A stretch of DNA of 64,000 bases from Candidatus Latescibacterota bacterium. GTDB lineage: Bacteria > Latescibacterota > UBA2968 > UBA8231. The translations under genes and the position numbers were made by a program. The stretch is taken from positions 2,752,001-2,816,000 of the forward strand of contig OZ241889.1 in assembly GCA_965203355.1 (NCBI GenBank), read 5' to 3'. How positions within the stretch are numbered: the stretch's first letter is position 1; each line of letters opens with the position of its first letter. The notes beneath the pieces are model-generated. The model made no database searches. It was not told where the DNA came from and worked only from the letters and a program-made list of their open reading frames with translations. Positions 9,616 through 18,823 of this stretch are shown one piece after another.

Positions 9616-9870
9616 ATGGTACAGGAAAAGATGATGATCGCCGGAGAGGTCGCCTCCTATCTCCGCTGTTCGACCTCTACGGTGCGTCGGATGGTCCGTC
9701 GTGGCCAGATTCCTCATTATAGATTTGGCAAGCTAGTGCGGTTTCGCCTGAGTGAGATAGAGCGCTGGTTAGCTTTGCACTACGAAGGAAGCGGGCTCTG
9801 GCGGGGAAGGGTGGTGGCGTCCAATTCAGATCAACTCTTCCTCTTTCCTATGGGGGAAGAAAATGGCTGA
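9616..9870 (+). CDS. Excisionase-like HTH_17 DNA-binding protein
   Basis: EVASYLRCSTSTVRRMVRRGQIPHYRFGKLVRF pattern; start uncertain (9601/9616/9631). Confidence 0.8.
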   Translation: MVQEKMMIAGEVASYLRCSTSTVRRMVRRGQIPHYRFGKLVRFRLSEIERWLALHYEGSGLWRGRVVASNSDQLFLFPMGEENG

Positions 9871-12139
9871 AGAAGCGAAAAATGTGGTGGTACTCGGCGC
9901 TGGAGTCATGGGAGGGCAAATCGCGGCTCTGCTCGCCTGTGCGGGCCACAAGGTGCATCTCCTCGACTTGCCACTGGCCGGCGATGAAGCGGGCCGGTCG
10001 CGTCAGGGGCTGGAGAAAACGCTCGCGAGCCGACCTCCCGCTTTCTATCTAGCGGAGATGGCCCAACACATCCAGCTAGGCAACTTGGAGGATTTAGCCT
10101 GCGTTGGCGAGGCCGATTGGGTCATTGAAGCGGTTGTAGAAGCAAGTGCGCCCAAGCGGGCGTTGCTGGCCCGACTGGAGCCGTACCTGCACGACAGATT
10201 AGTCATCAGTAGCAATACCTCGGGTTTATCTATCGCTGAGTTGGCACGCGGCCGGTCGCCGGAGTTTTGCCATCGCTTTCTCGGGGTCCATTTCTTTAAT
10301 CCACCGCGTTACATGAAGTTGGTCGAAGTCATCCCCGGGCCGGACACCGACCCAGCCATCGTTCAGCAGATAGTGGATTTTCTCACGGAGGAATTGGGCA
10401 AGGGCGTAGTCTGTGGCCGGGACACGCCTAATTTCATCGGCAATCGCCTGTGGATTTTTGCTGTCTGCGACATGCTGCAGCGGATGGAGCGGGACGGGCT
10501 GAGCGTGGCCGAAGTGGATGCGCTGACGGGTCCCCTGATGGGGCGGCCCCCAAGCGCGACCTTGCGCGTCTGCGATATCGTGGGCTTGGACACGGTCGCG
10601 CACGTGGCCGAGACCAGTTACGCGGGATTGCCGGAGGACCCGTGGCGGTCGCTTTTTGCCCTGCCGGCATTTTATCGGCGCATGTTGGCAGAGAACGCAC
10701 TCGGGGCCAAGGTCAATGCCGGGTTTTACCGCAAGGCCGAGATGGGCATTGAGGCCCTCGATTTGGATACCTTCACCTATCAACCCGTGCAAAAGGTGGA
10801 GCTGGGCACCTTGGAATCGGCCCTGAGCGATAGTTCACCGGAACGCCGCCTCTGCGCCTTATGGGACGATTCAGGCCCGTGGGGCCAACTCGGGCGGGCG
10901 CATCTCGCGGCGGTGCTGGCCTACGCCGCCGAGCACGCCGCCGACATAGCTGGCGATGTCGGCCAAATTGACCAAGCAATGCGCTGGGGATTTAACTGGG
11001 CACTAGGGCCTTTTGAGTTGTGGGATCTCTTCGGCGTCGAAGAAGTCATCAGGGAGCTGACAACCAACCAGCAGCGCGTACCCGATCTCGCCAGTCAATT
11101 GCTCGACGCGGGGGAGACGCACTTTTACCGCGGACCAGGCGCGTTCTCGCCAACTCGGTTGCGGCGCGAAAGCTGGCAACCGCCAGCCGACGATTGGGAT
11201 GCGCTAGCGGCCGAGCGAGCCATCTGGTCCAATGACGGAGCCTACTTGGTCGAGTGGGGCGAGGATTTGGGGGCCTTGGTTTTCCGCGGCAAGATGAATG
11301 CCTTGGGCCCAGCTGCGTTGGAAGCCGTCCATCACGCGGTGGATACAGCCTCCTTGGCCGGCTTGGTGATCGCCGGTGCTGGTTCCCTGTTCTCAGTCGG
11401 TGCCGACTTGAAGCACGTGGCCAAGCTCGTCAATGCGCGCGACTGGGCAGGGCTAGACGCATTTGTTGCGGCCTTCCAAGAGGCCGTGCAAGTGCTGCGC
11501 TACGCGCCTTTTCCGGTCGTCGCGGCCCTCCGTGGCTTGGTGCTGGGCGGCGGGTGCGAGTTTGCCTTGAGTGCTGATAGGCGCGTGGCGGCGGCTGAAT
11601 TAGGCATGGGTTTGGTAGAGACCAAGGTCGGCTTGATCCCCGGCAGCGGCGGCTGTATGGAGATGGCGCGGCGGGGAGCAAGCGACATCGAATCCGCGTT
11701 TGCGACGATTTTTGCCGGAAATTTCAGCGACAACGCCTTCGAAGCGCAGGCATGGGGCCTGCTCGCCGCCAAGGATGAGATTGTCTTTGCCGAGGGACAA
11801 CTCTTAAAGCGGGCCGTAGCCAAACTGCGCCGCTTGCTCGCCGCAGGCTACTGTGCTAGCGCACCAGATGGAGTGGAGGTCACTGGAGACGAAGGGTTGA
11901 TGCTTTTGCACGAGCGCATAGATGCAGACCGGGCTACAGGGCAGATCAGCGAGCACGACGTAGTCGTAGGGCATGGTCTGGCGCGGGTGCTTACCGGGGG
12001 GGGTGGAGCGCGCCGTCAAGTAGAGGAGCGCGACTTACTCGATTTGGAACGCGAGGTCTTTCTACAGTTGTGCGGCACCGAGCGTACGCGAGAGCGCATC
12101 GCGCACATGCTGCACACAGGTAAACCATTGAGAAATTAA
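9863..12139 (+). CDS. fadN: 3-hydroxyacyl-CoA dehydrogenase / enoyl-CoA hydratase fusion (FadN type)
   Basis: GAGVMG, SNTSG, HFFNPPRYMKLVE, C-terminal crotonase GGGCE and ETKVGLIP, ends TGKPLRN. Confidence 0.88.
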   Translation: MAEEAKNVVVLGAGVMGGQIAALLACAGHKVHLLDLPLAGDEAGRSRQGLEKTLASRPPAFYLAEMAQHIQLGNLEDLACVGEADWVIEAVVEASAPKRALLARLEPYLHDRLVISSNTSGLSIAELARGRSPEFCHRFLGVHFFNPPRYMKLVEVIPGPDTDPAIVQQIVDFLTEELGKGVVCGRDTPNFIGNRLWIFAVCDMLQRMERDGLSVAEVDALTGPLMGRPPSATLRVCDIVGLDTVAHVAETSYAGLPEDPWRSLFALPAFYRRMLAENALGAKVNAGFYRKAEMGIEALDLDTFTYQPVQKVELGTLESALSDSSPERRLCALWDDSGPWGQLGRAHLAAVLAYAAEHAADIAGDVGQIDQAMRWGFNWALGPFELWDLFGVEEVIRELTTNQQRVPDLASQLLDAGETHFYRGPGAFSPTRLRRESWQPPADDWDALAAERAIWSNDGAYLVEWGEDLGALVFRGKMNALGPAALEAVHHAVDTASLAGLVIAGAGSLFSVGADLKHVAKLVNARDWAGLDAFVAAFQEAVQVLRYAPFPVVAALRGLVLGGGCEFALSADRRVAAAELGMGLVETKVGLIPGSGGCMEMARRGASDIESAFATIFAGNFSDNAFEAQAWGLLAAKDEIVFAEGQLLKRAVAKLRRLLAAGYCASAPDGVEVTGDEGLMLLHERIDADRATGQISEHDVVVGHGLARVLTGGGGARRQVEERDLLDLEREVFLQLCGTERTRERIAHMLHTGKPLRN

Positions 12140-12155
12140 ACGAGAAGGGGCTTCT

Positions 12156-13598
12156 ATGGGCTTGCGTAGTGCCGCCGAATTTAAAGAGGGCTTGCGCGAC
12201 GGGCGCGAAGTGTATCATCGGGGAGAGCGGATCGAGGACGTAACCGCGCACGACGATTTGGGAATTGGGGTGGAGCACGTTGCCTTGGATTTTGAACTGG
12301 CCGAGGATCCGGAACACCGCGATCTGATGACTTGGATGGATGAAGAACTGGGCGAACCCGTCAGTCGCTATTTTAAGATTCCGCTAGATGCCACAGATTT
12401 GCTCAACCGACGCGAGATGATTGAGCGTTCGACGCGGCTGGGCAACAGCGTGGTGCTGCTAATCAAGGAAATTGGCACCGACGCGCTTTTCGCCCTCGAC
12501 TTAGTATCCGACCATTTGGATAAAAATGCCGGTGGACAATACAAGGCGCGCGTACAAGCCTTCCACCGCACGTGCAAGCAGCGCGACCTGAGTTTGGCCG
12601 TGGCCCAAACCGACGTAAAAGGCGACCGCAGCCTCTTGCCGTCGCAGCAAGTGCATCCCGACTACTATGTCCACATTGTCGAGGAGCGAAGCGATGGAAT
12701 CGTGGTGCGGGGGGCCAAAGCCCATACGACATGCGCTCCGTATGTTGATGAACTCATCGTCTTGCCGACCCGTGCGCTCAAGCAGGAGGACGCAGCCTAT
12801 GCGGTTGCCTTTGCCACGCCAGTCAATGCGCCAGGGATCAAGCTAATCGCCAGCCCCTTTGGCTCGCCGCCGGTGAGCCACTTCCACCACCCGGTCAGTT
12901 CCGAGCACCGCATGATCGACACGCTGACGATCTTCGACGATGTCTTTATTCCCAACGAGCGCGTTTTTCTCAAAGGGGAATGGCAATACGCCGGGCCGCT
13001 GGCCAACGCCTTCGTCGAATTTCATCGCTTTACGGCCGCCTCGTACAAACCGCCGCTGTGCGACCTCTTTATCGGAGCAGCAGCGCTCTTGGCCCACTAT
13101 AACGGCATCGCCAAGGCTGGCCACGTGCGCGAGAAGTTGACCCAGCTCATCACCTATGCCGAGACGGTCCGCGGGCTGACCTTGGCCGCGGCCCATGATT
13201 GCCGCATCGCGGCAAACGGCACGGCCGTGCCCAATATCGTCTTTACCAACTTGGCCAAGTTTCACTTTGCCAATAACTATCACCAAGCCGTGTCTTGGGT
13301 CCAGGATATTGCCGGAGGGTTGGTGGTCACCGGGCCGTCGGAAGAAGACTTAGCCAATCCCGAAACCAAAGGCTATATCGAACACTTCTTGGGCGGTGGA
13401 AGCGGCGTCGATGCTGAGACGCGGCTGAAGGCAATCAACTTGGTGCGCGACCTGACGGCTTCAACCTTTGGTGGTTACAACGAGCTACTGGCCATCCACG
13501 CCGAAGGCTCATTGGAAACCCAGAAAATCACCATTTTGCGCGATTACGATGTCGAGCGCTGTGTCCAGCTGGCCAAAGAAGCTATCGGCCTAGATTGA
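12156..13598 (+). CDS. 4-hydroxybutyryl-CoA dehydratase / HpaB-family flavoprotein lacking the Fe-S cysteines
   Basis: TDVKGDRS, DGIVVRGAKAH, FDDVFIPNERVF, QDIAGG, HAEGS. Confidence 0.85.
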   Translation: MGLRSAAEFKEGLRDGREVYHRGERIEDVTAHDDLGIGVEHVALDFELAEDPEHRDLMTWMDEELGEPVSRYFKIPLDATDLLNRREMIERSTRLGNSVVLLIKEIGTDALFALDLVSDHLDKNAGGQYKARVQAFHRTCKQRDLSLAVAQTDVKGDRSLLPSQQVHPDYYVHIVEERSDGIVVRGAKAHTTCAPYVDELIVLPTRALKQEDAAYAVAFATPVNAPGIKLIASPFGSPPVSHFHHPVSSEHRMIDTLTIFDDVFIPNERVFLKGEWQYAGPLANAFVEFHRFTAASYKPPLCDLFIGAAALLAHYNGIAKAGHVREKLTQLITYAETVRGLTLAAAHDCRIAANGTAVPNIVFTNLAKFHFANNYHQAVSWVQDIAGGLVVTGPSEEDLANPETKGYIEHFLGGGSGVDAETRLKAINLVRDLTASTFGGYNELLAIHAEGSLETQKITILRDYDVERCVQLAKEAIGLD

Positions 13599-13833
13599 AC
13601 TAACCCCAAATCGTCAAGCGTCTAAAAAATCAAGGAATTAAAAAAACAGTTGATTATAGAACATTAACCCCTATATTATTCCAAATCCTCTTTAGGTTTA
13701 TTCCAAACCGCTTTACTCTCGGATGTATTTCCCCCACATCTGAACTCCCTGCTCGTCCATATTAGGTACCATCATAGCTTAATGCAGCCAAGAGTCCCCA
13801 TACTGGCTCATTAGCAACAGGAGGCGTCAAGTT

Positions 13834-14679
13834 ATGACTACCTTGCAGACCGATTCTATCGTCGATCAGTACTTTCACGAGATTGAAGATGCCGTCGGGC
13901 TATCGTCCGAGGATGAAGTGGCTATCGCTGAGCAAATAAAACAGGGCGATGAAGAAGCCTTATCTGATTTGGTCAAAGCCAACCTGCGCTTTGTCGTAAG
14001 CGTGGCGAAACAATATCAGAATTTGGGCCTGCCGCTTTCAGACCTGATCAACGAAGGGAACTTGGGGCTTATCATCGCTGCCAAGCGCTTTGACGGCACT
14101 AAAGGATTCAAATTCATTTCCTATGCCGTGTGGTGGATCCGCCAGTCAATTCTGCAAGCGTTGGCCAATCAGTCGCGCATCGTGCGGTTGCCGCTGAATC
14201 GCATCGGCGAGTTAACGCGCGTCAACAGGGTGCTCAACAAGCTCGAACAGGGGCTAGGTCGTCCCCCGGAAGTAGAGGAAATAGCCGAAGAACTAGAGGT
14301 CGAACCTAGCGACATGGATCTCCTGTTGCGATTGGCCCAAAGGCCGGTTTCGCTGGAGATGCCCTGCGATGAATCCGAACCAGATCGTTGTTTCGGCGAT
14401 CTGATTCCCGATGTGAGTCAGCCGCCCAGCGACGAGGCCGTCTCCAGCGACGCGCTCAAGGCGGAAATCTACAACGCCATGCACTCCCTGACCGAGGGTG
14501 AGGCGCGCGTCTTGAAGATGTACTACGGATTGGATGGGCACGAGCCGATGACCTTGGAGAAGATCGGGGCCTATGTTGGGCGTACGCGGGAGCGGGTGCG
14601 GCAAATCAAGGAAAAGGCCCTGCAGAAGCTCCGACATCCTGCTCGCTGCGACTCTCTCAAAGAGTATTACGCGGACTAA
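13834..14679 (+). CDS. RNA polymerase sigma-70 factor, RpoD/SigA family, no region 1.1
   Basis: NLRFVVSVAK, DLINEGNLGL, KFISYAVWWIRQ, TRERVRQI; GGAGG RBS. Confidence 0.95.
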   Translation: MTTLQTDSIVDQYFHEIEDAVGLSSEDEVAIAEQIKQGDEEALSDLVKANLRFVVSVAKQYQNLGLPLSDLINEGNLGLIIAAKRFDGTKGFKFISYAVWWIRQSILQALANQSRIVRLPLNRIGELTRVNRVLNKLEQGLGRPPEVEEIAEELEVEPSDMDLLLRLAQRPVSLEMPCDESEPDRCFGDLIPDVSQPPSDEAVSSDALKAEIYNAMHSLTEGEARVLKMYYGLDGHEPMTLEKIGAYVGRTRERVRQIKEKALQKLRHPARCDSLKEYYAD

Positions 14680-14740
14680 TTATCCGCTGCTGCGGAGCGA
14701 AAAAGGTGGGCGCACAAGGCCGCTGGCGGCTGGGTCTTAT

Positions 14741-14769
14741 TTGATTTTTGCCCGATTTTTCGTTAATAT
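14741..14769 (+). promoter_or_regulatory. Promoter for tRNA-Asn
   Basis: TTGATT-N17-TAATAT ending about 10 nt before the tRNA. Confidence 0.55.
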
Positions 14770-14779
14770 ATTTGTCTAT

Positions 14780-14855
14780 TCCGCGGTAGCTCAGCTGGCA
14801 GAGCGGGTGGCTGTTAACCACTTGGTCGTAGGTTCGAATCCTACCCGCGGAGCCA
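14780..14855 (+). tRNA. tRNA-Asn (GTT)
   Basis: Acceptor stem TCCGCGG/CCGCGGA, anticodon loop CTGTTAA, T loop GTTCGAATC, encoded CCA, 76 nt. Confidence 0.97.
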
Positions 14856-14860
14856 CTTAA

Positions 14861-14911
14861 AAACAGCCGGACCAACCGATCCCGATTCTGGGTAAGGTCG
14901 TCCGGCTGTTT
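14861..14911. terminator. Bidirectional hairpin terminator between tRNA-Asn and msrAB
   Basis: AAACAGCCGGAC ... GTCCGGCTGTTT inverted repeat. Confidence 0.65.
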
Positions 14912-14942
14912 GCGTTTTTGCCGTGCCGCAAGGCCCTCGCGT

Positions 14943-15998
14943 TTATTCAAACAGGGCCGCGTACTCGCCATAGCCTTCCTTGGCCAGATTTTCGACGGGA
15001 ATAAAGCGCAGGGCCGCCGAGTTAATACAGTAGCGCAGCCCAGTGGGAGGTGGGCCGTCCGCAAAGACGTGCCCGAGATGCGAGTCGGCGTGTTTGCTGC
15101 GCACCTCGACGCGGGTCATAAACAGCGAATTGTCGGTGTGCTCGACGATGTGATCCGGCGCTAGGGGCTGGGTAAAGCTGGGCCAGCCGGTGCCGGATTT
15201 GAACTTGTGCTGCGAGCTGAAGAGGGGTTCGCCGGAAACAATATCGACGTAAATGCCCGCGACCTTGTTGTCCCAATACAGGTTGTGGAAAGGCCGCTCG
15301 GTGGCGTCTTCTTGCGTGACCCGAAATTGCAAGTCCGTGAGTTTGGCGCGTAAGGTGTCGATGGGCGGTTTGGTGTATTGGACGCTAGCCGTTGGAGCCG
15401 GGCGGTCTTTGCCCCAAATCTCTTCGATAAAGCGGTCGCGGCCCGATCCCCGGCGATAGCGCTTGTAGTGCTGGGGATTCTTTAGGTAGTAGTCTTGGTG
15501 GTACTCCTCGGCTGGATAAAAGGTAGTGGCTGGGCGGATGGGCGTGACGATGAGTTTGTCAAAGCGGCCCGACGCGCCGAGGGTTTGTTTGCTGGCTTGG
15601 GCTAAGGCGCGTTGCTCTTCGTCGTGGTAAAATATGGCCGAGGTATATTGATGGCCGCGATCGTAAAAGGACCCCCCTCGATCGGTAGGGTCGAATTGAC
15701 GCCAGTAGATGTCGAGGAGCTGGCGATAAGAGACGACCTCGGGATCAAAGGTGACCAGCACGGATTCTATGTGCTTGGTCGCGCCGGAGCTGACCTGCTT
15801 GTACGTCGGGTTTTCGCGTGCGCCGCCCGTGTAGCCAGAAACGGCTGAAACGACTCCCGCGACCTTGTCAAAGGGGGCTTCGATGCACCAGAAGCACCCC
15901 CCGGCAAACGTCGCTTGGGCGTAGTTTTGGGCGCGACTGGTTTGCATGTTAAGCACACACAAGGCCGCACCGAGTAGCATGAGTAGCTGGGCGTTCAT
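14943..15998 (-). CDS. msrAB: Exported peptide methionine sulfoxide reductase MsrA-MsrB fusion
   Basis: Signal peptide, [35 protein letters not shown]. Confidence 0.95.
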   Translation of the reverse strand: MNAQLLMLLGAALCVLNMQTSRAQNYAQATFAGGCFWCIEAPFDKVAGVVSAVSGYTGGARENPTYKQVSSGATKHIESVLVTFDPEVVSYRQLLDIYWRQFDPTDRGGSFYDRGHQYTSAIFYHDEEQRALAQASKQTLGASGRFDKLIVTPIRPATTFYPAEEYHQDYYLKNPQHYKRYRRGSGRDRFIEEIWGKDRPAPTASVQYTKPPIDTLRAKLTDLQFRVTQEDATERPFHNLYWDNKVAGIYVDIVSGEPLFSSQHKFKSGTGWPSFTQPLAPDHIVEHTDNSLFMTRVEVRSKHADSHLGHVFADGPPPTGLRYCINSAALRFIPVENLAKEGYGEYAALFE

Positions 15999-16323
15999 CG
16001 CTCCTCCTTTTGCGTTGATTTTTTTACAGACGCTTCAAGTATGCCAAAAGGTTCGCACTATCAAAAGTGCTGTCCTAATCCTACGACCACTCGTAAGGAC
16101 CTTCTGCCGCTCATCGTTTGAAAAAGTACGCTGAGAGCAAGTTGACAGTACGTGCGAGAACGGCCTTATTCTCGCGCTCTAAGTTCGCAGTCGGGCGATG
16201 AACGAATTCTCTGCTATCCCATTACATCCAACACAAATCGCCGACGATAGCAACGGCGCACGCAAAACAAGTTTTGGTCGCGCTAGTGCCTATCGCCGGC
16301 TTCATTGCTTGGGGAAATTTTTG

Positions 16324-16971
16324 ATGCTAAAGAACATTCTTCGCTCTCGGGGCCGATCTATGTGGCTCTTCTCTGGGCTGCTCGGGGCCATCGGGTGTAG
16401 CCAAAATTTCAGCGACCAAGAACCAGCCGAGGCCATGGCCGAGCGAGGATTCACCGCCCGCTCCACCACGCCAGCGCATTCATTGGGCCAGGCGAGCGGC
16501 CGACAAGCGCTGGGGCCGCTCAGCGCGGTGGCTCCCGGAGGTTGGGTGGCGCAACAGCCGTCTAGCTCCATGCGGGTGGCCCAATACGGCCTGCCCGGCC
16601 CGGCCGGCGAAGCGACGCTGGGCATATTTTTCTTTGGCCCGGGGCAAGGCGGCAGCGTCGAGGCCAACATCGAGCGCTGGCATGGCCAGTTCACACAGGA
16701 GGACGGCCAATCGGCCCAAGGGCGGCGTTGGACGCGACAAGTAGGAGACATCGAAATAACTGGAATGGATGTCAGCGGCACCTTCTCCGCCGGCATGGGA
16801 ATGGGGGGCTCAGAGCCGCAACCCGGCTACCGGATGCTCGGGGCCATTGCTGTCCACCGCTCGGGCACGGTGTTTTTCAAGATGACTGGCCCGGCCCAAA
16901 CTATCGCGCAATGGGCCGCCAGCTTTGATGAGTTCTTAGGCAGTTTGCAAGCCGACTCAGGCGCGCCTTAG
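16324..16971 (+). CDS. Putative lipoprotein, unknown function
   Basis: Lipobox AIGC at residue 25 from ATG 16324; GGSVEANIERW and FFKMTGP segments. Confidence 0.7.
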   Translation: MLKNILRSRGRSMWLFSGLLGAIGCSQNFSDQEPAEAMAERGFTARSTTPAHSLGQASGRQALGPLSAVAPGGWVAQQPSSSMRVAQYGLPGPAGEATLGIFFFGPGQGGSVEANIERWHGQFTQEDGQSAQGRRWTRQVGDIEITGMDVSGTFSAGMGMGGSEPQPGYRMLGAIAVHRSGTVFFKMTGPAQTIAQWAASFDEFLGSLQADSGAP

Positions 16972-16984
16972 ATGCTGGAGGACC

Positions 16985-17827
16985 ATGTACACACAACTAG
17001 AGGATGAATTTGGCGACGTCGTCGCCAAGGCCCGTCGGGGGCAGGAGATGGCGGTCGCAGCACTCGCGGCCCAAGTAGAATTGACTGTCGAGGATATGGC
17101 CCAGATCGAAGGCTGCGAACTGGTGCCGGACGCCGACATCATCGAGCGGCTGGCCCAAGTGCTCGGCTTGCACCCGGGCAAATTGCAGGCGAGCGCGGCG
17201 CAGGCATTTTTCCCGCGCCATCCAACAGGCCGTTCGATGGCCGGGGCGCAGGTGGAGATGCTGGTGCTCGGCAGCGGCTTTCTGATGAATGGCTACATCG
17301 TCGGCTGTGCGGCAACGGGCCGAGCCGCGATCATCGACCCGGGATTCGACGCGGATAAAATTCTCCAGCACTTGGCCGCCTCTGGGCTAACAGTCGAACA
17401 GATTTTGCTGACGCATGGCCACCCCGATCACCTCAGTGCCCTCGCCGAGATCGGTCGCGCCACGGCCGCGCCAGCGCGGATTCACCGCGGCGACTTGGTG
17501 CTAACGGGCCGTTTGGCCGGCCAAATCGAAGGCGAACTAGCAGAAGGCGATGTCGTCGACATCGGCCAACTGCGCTTTGAGGTTCGCTCCACGCCCGGAC
17601 ATACGGTGGGCGGTATCAGCTTAGTCCACGAGGAAATGGCCTTTGTTGGGGACGCACTTTTCGCGGGTTCACTTGGGGGCACTCGCAGCGTGGGCAACTA
17701 CCGGATGCAGTGCCAAGCAGTGGCCGAGAAACTGCTCTCGCTAGACGCGAATGTCGCGCTCTTTCCTGGCCATGGACCGGCGACTACTGTGGGGGAAGAA
17801 CGGGAGAACAATCCGTTCTTTTCGTAA
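16985..17827 (+). CDS. XRE-type HTH fused to MBL-fold (glyoxalase II-like) hydrolase
   Basis: N-terminal HTH-like helices, THGHPDH, TPGHT, GDALF, PGHG. Confidence 0.85.
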   Translation: MYTQLEDEFGDVVAKARRGQEMAVAALAAQVELTVEDMAQIEGCELVPDADIIERLAQVLGLHPGKLQASAAQAFFPRHPTGRSMAGAQVEMLVLGSGFLMNGYIVGCAATGRAAIIDPGFDADKILQHLAASGLTVEQILLTHGHPDHLSALAEIGRATAAPARIHRGDLVLTGRLAGQIEGELAEGDVVDIGQLRFEVRSTPGHTVGGISLVHEEMAFVGDALFAGSLGGTRSVGNYRMQCQAVAEKLLSLDANVALFPGHGPATTVGEERENNPFFS

Positions 17828-17851
17828 AATTCCCCAATGGCGTTGGGGCGA

Positions 17852-18667
17852 TTACGGGGAGTCTGCCGCTGGGCCGGGGCTTCCCGTTTCTTTGTTCTCG
17901 TTAAGCGTCCAGTCGTAGTCGTTGTATTCGATGGTTATATCTTCGGTCAGCCCAACGGCTAGGTCCGAGGGAAGATAGGGGCGCAGGTAGTTGACGATAG
18001 TGGGCATGTTTTCGGGATTGGGGCGGTCTGGCGGGAACCAAACCGAGAAATCTGCTCCGTACCAGTCGAGAATTTTGGACAGGAAGAGCTGTTTCCCTTG
18101 CAGGCGCACGTGGTTGGGGTCTTGGGCAAAGCGCGTTAGTGCCCTTTCCAAGCGGGCGTCGAGATCGGAGCCGGTAAAGGCCCGGTTTTCCAGTTGCGGG
18201 CAGCTCAGGGCCGCGCAGTTGACCGCAAAGTGAATGCGCGGATCTTGGTAGGTCGGGCGGATGATTTGGTTTTCAACGTGATCCAGCGTCATTTCGCGTC
18301 CCCCAGCGACAAAGGTCTGGCGGTTGAAAAAGCCGCTGAACGCAAAGGCGTCCTTGACGCTGGCGATGGGATAGGCGTCGATGACGCCCCGCAGGGTAAA
18401 AGCGTTGTACGCATTGATCCAGTAGGCTAGTTCATGTGCGCGGGTGGGGAAGCGGTCGGGATGCGTTTCGGGGCTGGAGTGGCCGAGGCTATCGACGTAG
18501 GCATCGAGCTGGGCGCGGTTTTCGGCGAGGGCCGCGTAGCGGACCAAACCTTGGTCATCCACGTATTCTTGCAGCACTTGGTCGAAGGGGCTATGGTCAA
18601 AGGGAGGGGCGGCGCAAAGGGGGGCCGGGACGAGGAGCCACAAGGATAGGAAGTAAAGTGAGTGCAT
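17852..18667 (-). CDS. Secreted DUF547-domain protein
   Basis: Signal peptide, AYWINAYNA, DPRIHFAVNCAALSCP, YDWTLN. Confidence 0.88.
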   Translation of the reverse strand: MHSLYFLSLWLLVPAPLCAAPPFDHSPFDQVLQEYVDDQGLVRYAALAENRAQLDAYVDSLGHSSPETHPDRFPTRAHELAYWINAYNAFTLRGVIDAYPIASVKDAFAFSGFFNRQTFVAGGREMTLDHVENQIIRPTYQDPRIHFAVNCAALSCPQLENRAFTGSDLDARLERALTRFAQDPNHVRLQGKQLFLSKILDWYGADFSVWFPPDRPNPENMPTIVNYLRPYLPSDLAVGLTEDITIEYNDYDWTLNENKETGSPGPAADSP

Positions 18668-18823
18668 GGTTCTTCCAATGGATTAGAATGGGATGAGTAG
18701 GCCTCGGCTAGGGACAATCTATATTATACTTGACGCTGTGCAATAGCTCCACCCGCCTTTCCAATCCTCCATGTACGCCTTTGTGAATAGACCCAATTTC
18801 GCGCTCATTACAGCAGACGATCG

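Noticed and set aside
14780-14911. tRNA-Asn as an integration site for an island
   Set aside because: No integrase, no duplicated tRNA 3' end seen, and the flanking genes are housekeeping
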